From the NCBI GenBank assembly GCA_038087875.1, contig CM075999.1, positions 684,001-748,000 on the forward strand: DNA of 64,000 nt, in the 5' to 3' direction. A model generated the notes under the pieces. That model ran no database searches. It worked only from the letters and a program-made list of their open reading frames with translations, and was not told the origin of the DNA. Below, one piece after another: positions 42,401-54,400 of the stretch (position 1 is its first letter; each line of letters opens with the position of its first letter). The translations under genes were made by a program, and so were the position numbers. The DNA comes from Malacoraja senta (taxonomy: Eukaryota).

Positions 42401-45400
42401 ACCACCTTCACGTCCACACCACTTACAACCACTGGTGAGTCCATTATGCCAGAGTAATGCAAAAATAAATCTGTTCCTTACACATCCAGCGAATATGAAT
42501 CATTGCAAATCGAACAAGTTAACATGTATATGCCATATCACCTATGCTGCTGGCATATCTTCTGTCAAAAACAGCATACATGATGTTTCCAAATTCTTCG
42601 ATCTTTTGAAAACACTTGTGGTCTACTTCCCAGAATATTCAACAAATGATCATGTTGATATAAAAAGACGCTAAATTAGAATTCAATACATTTTGTGCCC
42701 TTAAGATTCCAGTCATTAAATTTACCTGAATCAAAAATCTCCACCTTTCCAGAAACCACTGTACCATCTACAAGTACAGAGGCTACTACAACAGCTTCAA
42801 GCACCACAACAGTTCTCACATCAACGACAATAGAAACAACAACAGGCAGCACAAGTGCTTCTTCAACAGAAGCTACCACCACCTTCACGACCACACCACT
42901 TACAACCACTGGTGAGTCCGGTATGCAAGAGAAATGAAAAATAAATATGTTCCTTACACATCCAGTGAATAAGAATAATTACAGTAACACAAGTTAACAT
43001 GGATTGGTCATGTGTGTTCCATGGCATATTTTGTTGGCATATCTTCTGTCAAAAACACCACAGATTTATTTTCCAAATTCTTTGGTCCCTTGAAAACAAA
43101 TGTGGTCTACTTTCCAGAATATTTTGAGAAAATTATCATGTTGATACAAAAAAAAGCAAAATTGCAGTTCAATACATTTTCTGCCCTCCTGACCTCTGTC
43201 TTTAAATTTGCCTGAATCAAAAATCTCCACCTTTCCAGAAACCACTGTACCATCTACAAGTACGGAGGTTGCTACAACAGCTTCAAGCACCACAACAGTT
43301 CCCACATCAACGACAATAGAAACAACTACAGGCAGCACAAGTGCTTCTTCAACAGAAGCTACCACACCACTTACAACCACTGGTGAGTCCACAATGCTAC
43401 AGTAAGGCAAAATAAATGTGTTCCTTACACATCCAGTGAATAAGAATCATTTCAATAGAACAAGTTAACATGGATTGGCCATGTGTGTTCCATGGCATAT
43501 ACTGTTGCATATCTTCTGTCAAAAACACCACAGATTTTTTTCCCAAATTCTTTGGTCCCTAGAAAACAAATGGGGCCCACTTCCCAGAGTATTCAAGAAA
43601 ATTATCATGTTGATATTAAAAAAAAGCAAAATTGTAGTTCAATACATTTTCTGCTCTCATGACTTCAGTCTTTAAATTTGCCTGAATCAAAAATCTCCAC
43701 CTTTCCAGAAACCACTGTACCATCTACAAGTACAGAGGCAACTACAACAGCTTCAAGCACCACATCAGTTCCCACATCAACGACAATAGAAACAACTACA
43801 GGCAGCACAAGTGCACCTACAACAGAAGCTACCACCACCTTCACGACCACACCACTTACAACCACTGGTGAGTCCGGTATGCAAGAGAAATGCAAAATAA
43901 ATCTGTTCCTTACACATCCAGTGAATAAGAATCATTACAATAGAATAAGTTAACACGGATTGGCCATGTGTGTTCCAAGGCATATACTGTTGCATATCTT
44001 CTGTCAAAAACACCACAGATTTTGTTTCCAAATTCTTTGTTCCCTAGAAAACAAATGCGGCCTACTAGCCAGATTATTCCACAAATTATCACGTTGATAC
44101 AAAAAGATGCAAAATTACAATTCAATGCATTTTCTGCCCTTAAGATTCCAGTCTTTAAATTTAACTGAACCAAAAATCGGCACATTTCCAGAAACCACTG
44201 TACCAGTAGAATAAGTTAAAATGTAATCGCCATATATATTCCATGACAAATGCTGCTGGCATATCTTCTGTCAAAACCGCACACGTGATGTTTCCAAATT
44301 CTTTGGTACCTTGAAAACACATGCGGCCTACTTCCCAGAACAGTCAAGAACATTATACCGTTGATACAAAAAAATCCCAAATTGTAGTTCAATGTATTTT
44401 CTCCCCGAAAGACTCCAGTCTTTAAATATAGTTGAACCTAAAATCTCCACCTTTCCAGAAACCACTGTACCATCTACAACTACAGAAGTAACTACAACAG
44501 CTTCAAGCACCACATTAGTTCCCACATCTACGACAATAGAAACAACTACAGGCAGCACAAGTGCATCTACAACAGAAGCTACCGCCACTTTCACAACCAC
44601 ACCACTTACAACCACCGGTGAGTCCAGAATGTTACAGTAATGCAAAATAAATTTGTTCCTTACACATGCAGTGAATAAGAATCATTACAATAGGAAAAGG
44701 TAACATGGATTGGCCATGTGTGTTCCATGGCATATACTGTTGCATATCTTCTGTCAAATACACCACAGATTTTTTTTCCAAATTCTTTGGTCCCTTGAAA
44801 ACAAATGGGGCCCACTTCCCAGAGTATTCAAGAAAATTATCATGTTGATATTAAAAAAAAGCAAAATTGTAGTTCAATACATTTTCTGCTCTCATGACTT
44901 CAGTCTTTAAATTTGCCAGAATCAAAAATCTCCACGTTTCCAGAAACCACTGTACCATCTACAAGTACAGAGGCAACTACAACAGCTTCAAGCACCACAT
45001 CAGTTCCCACATCAACGACAATAGAAACTACAGGCAGCACAAGTGCACCTACAACAGAAGCTACCACCACCTTCACGACCACACCACTTACAACCACTGG
45101 TGAGTCCAGAATGCTACAGTAAGGCAAAATAAATGTGTTCCTTACACATCCAGTGAATAAGAATCATTTCAATAGAACAAGTTAACATGGATTGGCCATG
45201 TGTGTTCCATGGCATATACTGTTGCATATCTTCTGTCAAAAACACCACAGATTTTTTTCCCAAATTCTTTGGTCCCTAGAAAACAAATGCGGCCTACTAG
45301 CCAGAAAATTCCACAAATTATCACGTTGATACAAAAAGATGCAAAATTACAATTCAATGCATTTTCTGCCCTTAAGATTCCAGTCTTTAAATTTAACTGA

Positions 45401-48400
45401 ACCTAAAATCGGCACATTTCCAAAAACCACTGTACCAGTAGAATAAGTTAATATGTAATCGACATATATATTCCATGACAAATGCTGCTGGCATATCTTC
45501 TGTCAAAAACCGTACCCGTGATGTTTCCAAATTCTTTGGTACCTTGAAAACACATGCGGCCTACTTCCCAGAACAGTCAAGAACATTATCACGTTGATAC
45601 CAAAAAATCCCAAATTGTAGTTCAATGTATATTCTCCCAGAAAGACTCCAGTCTTTAAATTTACTTGAACCTAAAATCTCCACCTTTCCAGAAACCACTG
45701 TACCATCTACAAGCACAGAGGCAACAACAACAGCTTCAAGCACCACATCAGTTCCCACATCAATGACGATAGAAACAACTGGAGGCAGCACAATTGCATC
45801 TACAACAGAAGTTACCACCACCTTCACGACCACACCACTTACAACCACTGGTGAGTCCGGTGTGCAAGAGTAATGAAAAATAAATATGTTCCTTACACAT
45901 CCAGTGAATGAGAATCATTACAGTAGAACAAGTTAATATGGATTGGCCATGTGTGTTCCATGGCATATACTGTTGCATATCTACTGTCAAAAACACCACA
46001 GATTTATTTTCCAAATTCTTTGGTCCCTTGAAAACAAATGTCGTCTACTTTCCAGAATATTTAAGAAAATTATCATGTTGATACAAAACAAAAAGCAAAA
46101 TTGCAGTTCAATACATTTTATGACCTCCTGGCCTCTGTCTTTAAATGTGCCTGAATCAAAAATCTCCACCTTTCCAGAAACCACTGTACCATCTACAAGT
46201 ACGGAGCCTGCTATAACAGCTTCAAGCACTTCAACAGTTCCCACATCAACGACAATAGAAACAACTACAGGCAGCACAAGTGCTTCTTCAACAGAAGCTA
46301 CCACCACCTTCACGACCACACCACTTACAACCACTGGTGAGTCCAGAATGCTACAGTAAGGCAAAATAAATTTGTTCCTTCCACGTCCAGTGAACAAGAA
46401 TCATTACAATAGAACAAGTTAACATGGATTGGCCATGTGTGTTCCATGGCATATACTGTTGCATATCTTCTGTCAAAAACACCACAGATTTTTTTTCCAA
46501 ATTCTTTGGTCCCTAGAAATCAAATGCGGTCTACTTTCCAGAATATTTAAGAAAATTATCATGTTCATACAAAAAAAAGCAAAATTGTAGTACAATACAT
46601 TTTCTGCTCTCATGACTTCAGTCTTTAAATTTGCCTGAATCAAAAATCTCCACCTTTCCAGAAACCACTGTACCATCTACAAGCACAGAGGCAACAACAA
46701 CAGCTTCAAGCACCACATCAGTTCCCACATCAATGACAATAGAAACAACTGCAGGCAGCACAAGTGCACCTACAACAGAAGCTACCACCACCTTCACGAC
46801 CACACCACTTACAACCACTGGTGAGACCGGTATGCAAGAGAAATGCAAAATAAATATGTTCCTTACACATCCAGTGAATAAGAATTATTACAATAGAACA
46901 AGTTAACACGGATTGCCCATGTGTGTTCCATGCAATATACTGTTGCATATCTTCTGTCAAAAACACCACAGATTTTGTTTCCAAACTCTTTGGTCCCTTG
47001 AAAACAAAAGTGGCCTACTAGCCAGAATAGTCCACAAATTATCACGTTGATACAAAAAGATGCAAAATAACAATTCAATGCATTTTCTGCCCTTAAGATT
47101 CCAGTCTTTAAATTTACCTGAACCTAAAATCGGCACATTTCCAGAAACCACTGTACCAGTAGAATAAGTTAATATGTAATCGCCATTTATTTCCATGACA
47201 AATGCTGCTGGCATATCTTCTGTCAAAAACCGCACACGTGATGTATCCAAATTCTTTGGTACCTTGAAAACACATGCGGCCTACTTCCCAGAATAGTCAA
47301 GAACATTATCACGTTGATACAAAAAAATCCCAAATTGAAGTTCAATGTATTTTCTCCCCGAAAGACTCCAGTCTTTAAATTTACTTGAACCTAAAATCTC
47401 CACCTTTCCAGAAACCACTGTACCATCTACAAGCACAGAGGCAACAACAACAGCTTCAAGCACCACATCAGTTCCCACATCAACGACAATAGAAACAACT
47501 ACAGGCAGCACAATTGCATCTACAACAGAAGTTACCACCACCTTCACGACCACACCACTTACAACCACTGGTGAGTCCGGTGTGCAAGAGTAATGCAAAA
47601 TAAATTTGTTCCTTACACATCCAGTGAATAAGAATCATTACAGTGGAACAAGTTAATATGGATTGGCCATGTGTGTTCCATGGCATATACTGTTGCATAT
47701 CTTCTGTCAAATACACCACAGATTTTTTTTCCAAATTCTTTGGTCCCTTGAAAACAAATGGGGCCCACTTCCCAGAGTATTCAAGAAAATTATCATGTTG
47801 ATATTAAAAAAAAAGCAAAATTGTAGTTCAATACATTTTCTGCTCTCATGACTTCAGTCTTTAAATTTGGCTGAATCAAAAATCTCCACCTTTCCAGAAA
47901 CCACTGTACCATCTACAAGTACAGAGGCAACTACAACAGCTTCAAGCACCACATCAGTTCCCACATCAACGACAATAGAAACAACTACAGGCAGCACAAG
48001 TGCACCTACAACAGAAGCTACCACCACCTTCATGACCACACCACTTACAACCACTGGTGAGTCCAGAATGCTACAGTAAGGCAAAATAAATGTGTTCCTT
48101 ACACATCCAGTGAATAAGAATCATTTCAATAGAACAAGTTAACATGGATTGGCCATGTGTGTTCCATGGCATATACTGTTGCATATCTTCTGTCAAAAAC
48201 ACCACAGATTTTTTTCCCAAATTCTTTGGTCCCTAGAAAACAAATGCGGCCTACTAGCCAGGATATTCCACAAATTATCACGTTGATACAAAAAGATGCA
48301 AAATTACAATTCAATGCATTTTCTGCCCTTAAGATTCCAGTCTTTAAATTGAACTGAACCTAAAATCGGCACATTTCCAGAAACCACTGTACCAGTAGAA

Positions 48401-51400
48401 TAAGTTAATATGTAATCGCCATATCTATTCCATGACAAATGCTGCTGGCCTATCTTCTGTCAAAAACCGCACCCGTGATGTTTCCAAATTCTTTGGTACC
48501 TTGAAAACACATGCGGCCTACTTCCCAGAACAGTCAAGAACATTATCACGTTGATACCAAAAAATCCCAAATTGTAGTTCAATGTATATTCTCCCAGAAA
48601 GACTCCAGTCTTTAAATTTACTTGAACCTAAAATCTCCACCTTTCCAGAAACCACTGTACCATCTACAAGCACAGAGGCAACAACAACAGCTTCAAGCAC
48701 CACATCAGTTCCCACATCAATGACGATAGAAACAACTGGAGGGAGCACAATTGCATCTACAACAGAAGTTACCACCACCTTCACAACCACACCACTTACA
48801 ACCACTGGTGAGTCCGGTGTGCAAGAGTAATGAAAAATAAATATGTTCCTTACACATCCAGTGAATGAGAATCATTACAGTAGAACAAGTTAATATGGAT
48901 TGGCCATGTGTGTTCCATGGCATATACTGTTGCATATCTACTGTCAAAAACACCACAGGTTTATTTTCCAAATTCTTTGGTCCCTTGAAAACAAATGTCG
49001 TCTACTTTCCAGAATATTTAAGAAAATTATCATGTTAATACAAAACAAAAAGCAAAATTGCAGTTCAATACATTTTATGACCTCCTGGCCTCTGTCTTTA
49101 AATGTGCCTGAATCAAAAATCTCCACCTTTCCAGAAACCACTGTACCATCTACAAGTATGGAGGCTGCTATAACAGCTTCAAGCACTTCAACAGTTCCCA
49201 CATCAACGACAATAGAAACAACTACAGGCAGCACAAGTGCTTCTTCAACAGAAGCTACCACCACCTTCACGACCACACCACTTACAACCACTGGTGAGTC
49301 CAGAATGCTACAGTAAGGCAAAATAAATTTGTTCCTTCCACGTCCAGTAAACAAGAATCATTACAATAGAACAAGTTAACATGGATTGGCCATGTGTGTT
49401 CCATGGCATATACTGTTGCATATCTTCTGTCAAAAACACCACCGATTTTTTTTCCAAATTCTTTGGTCCCTAGAAATCAAATGCGGTCTACTTTCCAGAA
49501 TATTTAAGAAAATTATCATGTTGATATTAAAAAAAAGCAAAATTGTAGTTCAATACATTTTCTGGTCTCATGACTTCAGTCTTTCAATTTGCCTGAATCA
49601 AAAATCTCCACCTTTCCAGAAACCACTGTACCATCTACAAGTACAGAGGCAACTACAACAGCTTCAAGCACCACATCAGTTCCCACATCAACGACAATAG
49701 TAACAACTACCGGCAGCACAAGTGCATCTACAACAGAAGCTACCACCACCTTCACAACCACACCACTAACAACCACTGGTGAGTCCAGAATGCTACAATA
49801 AGGCAAACATAAATTTGTTCCTTCCACGTCCAGTGAACAAGAATCATTACAATAGAACAAGTTAACATGGATTGGCCATGTGTGTTCCATAGCATATACT
49901 GTTGCATATTTTCTGTCAAAAACACCACAGATTTTCCAAACTATTTGGTCCCTTGAAAACAAATGCGGCATTCTGCCCACAATATTCCACAAATTATCAC
50001 ATTGATACAAAAAGATGAAAATTTCAATTCAATGCATTTTCTGCCCTTAAGATTCCTGTCTTTAAATTTACCTGAACCTAACATCTCCACATTTCCAGAA
50101 ACCACTGTACCAATAGAATAAGTTAATATGTAATTGCCAAATATATTCCATGACAAATGCTGCTGGCATATCTTCTGTCAAAAAACGCACACGTGATGTT
50201 TGCAAATTCTTTCGTACCTTGAGAACACATGCGGCCTACTTCCCAGAATAGTCAAGAACATTATCACGTTGAGACAAAAAAAATCCAAAATTGTAGTTCA
50301 ATGTATTTTCTCCCCGAAAGACGCCAGTCTTTAAATTTACTTGAACCTAAAATCTCCACCTTTCCAGAAACCACTGTACCATCTACAAGTACAGAAGCAA
50401 CTACAACAGCTTCAAGCACCACATCAGTTCCCATATCTGCGGCAATAGAAACAACTACAGGCAGCTCAAGTGTATCTACAACAGAAGCTACCACCACCTT
50501 CACGTCCACACCACTTACAACCACTGGTGAGTCCATTATGCCAGAGTAATGCAAAAATAAATCTGTTCCTTACACATCCAGCGAATATGAATCATTGCAA
50601 ATCGAACAAGTTAACATGTATATGCCATATCACCTATGCTGCTGGCATATCTTCTGTCAAAAACAGCATACATGATGTTTCCAAATTCTTCGATCTTTTG
50701 AAAACACTTGTGGTCTACTTCCCAGAATATTCAACAAATGATCATGTTGATATAAAAAGACGCTAAATTAGAATTCAATACATTTTGTGCCCTTAAGATT
50801 CCAGTCATTAAATTTACCTGAATCAAAAATCTCCACCTTTCCAGAAACCACTGTACCATCTACAAGTACAGAGGCTACTACAACAGCTTCAAGCACCACA
50901 ACAGTTCTCACATCAACGACAATAGAAACAACAACAGGCAGCACAAGTGCTTCTTCAACAGAAGCTACCACCACCTTCACGACCACACCACTTACAACCA
51001 CTGGTGAGTCCGGTATGCAAGAGAAATGAAAAATAAATATGTTCCTTACACATCCAGTGAATAAGAATAATTACAGTAACACAAGTTAACATGGATTGGT
51101 CATGTGTGTTCCATGGCATATTTTGTTGGCATATCTTCTGTCAAAAACACCACAGATTTATTTTCCAAATTCTTTGGTCCCTTGAAAACAAATGTGGTCT
51201 ACTTTCCAGAATATTTTGAGAAAATTATCATGTTGATACAAAAAAAAGCAAAATTGCAGTTCAATACATTTTCTGCCCTCCTGACCTCTGTCTTTAAATT
51301 TGCCTGAATCAAAAATCTCCACCTTTCCAGAAACCACTGTACCATCTACAAGTACGGAGGTTGCTACAACAGCTTCAAGCACCACAACAGTTCCCACATC

Positions 51401-54400
51401 AACGACAATAGAAACAACTACAGGCAGCACAAGTGCTTCTTCAACAGAAGCTACCACACCACTTACAACCACTGGTGAGTCCACAATGCTACAGTAAGGC
51501 AAAATAAATGTGTTCCTTACACATCCAGTGAATAAGAATCATTTCAATAGAACAAGTTAACATGGATTGGCCATGTGTGTTCCATGGCATATACTGTTGC
51601 ATATCTTCTGTCAAAAACACCACAGATTTTTTTCCCAAATTCTTTGGTCCCTAGAAAACAAATGGGGCCCACTTCCCAGAGTATTCAAGAAAATTATCAT
51701 GTTGATATTAAAAAAAAGCAAAATTGTAGTTCAATACATTTTCTGCTCTCATGACTTCAGTCTTTAAATTTGCCTGAATCAAAAATCTCCACCTTTCCAG
51801 AAACCACTGTACCATCTACAAGTACAGAGGCAACTACAACAGCTTCAAGCACCACATCAGTTCCCACATCAACGACAATAGAAACAACTACAGGCAGCAC
51901 AAGTGCACCTACAACAGAAGCTACCACCACCTTCACGACCACACCACTTACAACCACTGGTGAGTCCGGTATGCAAGAGAAATGCAAAATAAATCTGTTC
52001 CTTACACATCCAGTGAATAAGAATCATTACAATAGAATAAGTTAACACGGATTGGCCATGTGTGTTCCAAGGCATATACTGTTGCATATCTTCTGTCAAA
52101 AACACCACAGATTTTGTTTCCAAATTCTTTGTTCCCTAGAAAACAAATGCGGCCTACTAGCCAGATTATTCCACAAATTATCACGTTGATACAAAAAGAT
52201 GCAAAATTACAATTCAATGCATTTTCTGCCCTTAAGATTCCAGTCTTTAAATTTAACTGAACCAAAAATCGGCACATTTCCAGAAACCACTGTACCAGTA
52301 GAATAAGTTAAAATGTAATCGCCATATATATTCCATGACAAATGCTGCTGGCATATCTTCTGTCAAAACCGCACACGTGATGTTTCCAAATTCTTTGGTA
52401 CCTTGAAAACACATGCGGCCTACTTCCCAGAACAGTCAAGAACATTATACCGTTGATACCAAAAAATCCCAAATTGTAGTTCAATGTATTTTCTCCCCGA
52501 AAGACTCCAGTCTTTAAATATAGTTGAACCTAAAATCTCCACCTTTCCAGAAACCACTGTACCATCTACAACTACAGAAGTAACTACAACAGCTTCAAGC
52601 ACCACATTAGTTCCCACATCTACGACAATAGAAACAACTACAGGCAGCACAAGTGCATCTACAACAGAAGCTACCGCCACCTTCACGACCACACCACCTA
52701 CAACCACCGGTGAGTCCAGAATGCTCCAGTAATGCAAAATAATTTAGTTCCTTACACATGCAGTGAATAAGAATCATTACAATAGAACAATGAACATGGA
52801 TTGGCCATGTGTGTTCCATGGCATATAATGTTGGCATATCTTCTGTCAAAAACACAACTGATTTTGTTTCCAAATTCTTTGGTCCCTTGAAAACAAATGT
52901 GGTCTACTTTCCAGAATCTTTAAGAAAATTATCACGTTGATACAAAAAAAAAGTTAAATTGTAGTTCAATTCATTTTACGCCCTCATGACTTCAGTCTTT
53001 AAATTTAACTGAATCAAAAACCTCCAACCTTCCAGAAACCACTGTACCATCTACAAGTACAGAAGTAACTACAACAGCCTTAAGCACCACATCAGTTCCC
53101 ACATCAACGACAATAGAAACAACTACAGGCAGCACAAGTGCATCTACAACAGAAGCTACCACCACCTTCACGACCACACCACTTACAACCACTGGTGAGT
53201 CCGGTGTGCAAGAGTAATGCAAAATAAATATGTTCCTTACACATCCAGTGAATAAGAATCATTACAGTATAACAAGTTTACATGGATTGTCCATGTGTGT
53301 TCCATGGCATGTACTGTTGGCAAATCTTCTGTCAAAAACAGCACAGATTTTTTTCCTAATTCTTTGGTTCCTAGAAAACAACAACGGCCTACTGCCCAGA
53401 ATATTTAAGAAAATTATCACGTTGATACAAAAAAAGCAAAATTGTCGTTCAATACATTTTCTGCCCAAATGACACCAGTCTTTAAATTTACCTGAATCAA
53501 AAATCTCCACCTTTCCAGAAACCCCTGTACCATCTACAACTACAGAAGTAACTACAACAGCTTCAAGCACCACATTAGTTCCCACATCAACGACAATAGA
53601 AACAACTACAGGCAGCACAAGTGCATCTACAACAGAAGCTACCACCACTTTCACAACCACACCACTTACAACCACCGGTGAGTCCAGAATGTTACAGTAA
53701 TGCAAAATAAATTTGTTCCTTACACATGCAGTGAATAAGAATCATTACAATAGGAAAAGGTAACATGGATTGGCCATGTGTGTTCCATGGCATATACTGT
53801 TGCATATCTTCTGTCAAATACACCACAGATTTTTTTTCCAAATTCTTTGGTCCCTTGAAAACAAATGGGGCCCACTTCCCAGAGTATTCAAGAAAATTAT
53901 CATGTTGATATTAAAAAAAAGCAAAATTGTAGTTCAATACATTTTCTGCTCTCATGACTTCAGTCTTTAAATTTGCCTGAATCAAAAATCTCCACCTTTC
54001 CAGAAACCACTGTACCATCTACAAGTACAGAGGCAACTACAACAGCTTCAAGCACCACATCAGTTCCCAGATCAACGACAATAGAAACTACAGGCAGCAC
54101 AAGTGCACCTACAACAGAAGCTACCACCACCTTCACGTCCACACCACTTACAACCACTGGTGAGTCCATTATGCCAGAGTAATGCAAAAATAAATCTGTT
54201 CCTTACACATCCAGCGAATAAGAATCATTGCAAATCGAACAAGTTAACATGTATATGCCATATCACCTATGCTGCTGGCATATCTTCTGTCAAAAACAGC
54301 ATACATGATGTTTCCAAATTCTTCGATCTTTTGAAAACACTTGTGGTCTACTTCCCAGAATATTCAACAAATGATCATGTTGATATAAAAAGACGCTAAA

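Larger units (their letters stand above)
36496..52679. repeat. 8092-bp tandem segmental duplication (about 36.5-44.6 kb and about 44.6-52.7 kb), 14 exons each
   Basis: Constant offset of 8092 between diagnostic ORFs: 36808/44900, 37851/45943, 39189/47281, 42137/50229, 43208/51300, 44328/52420. Boundaries are approximate. Confidence 0.93.
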
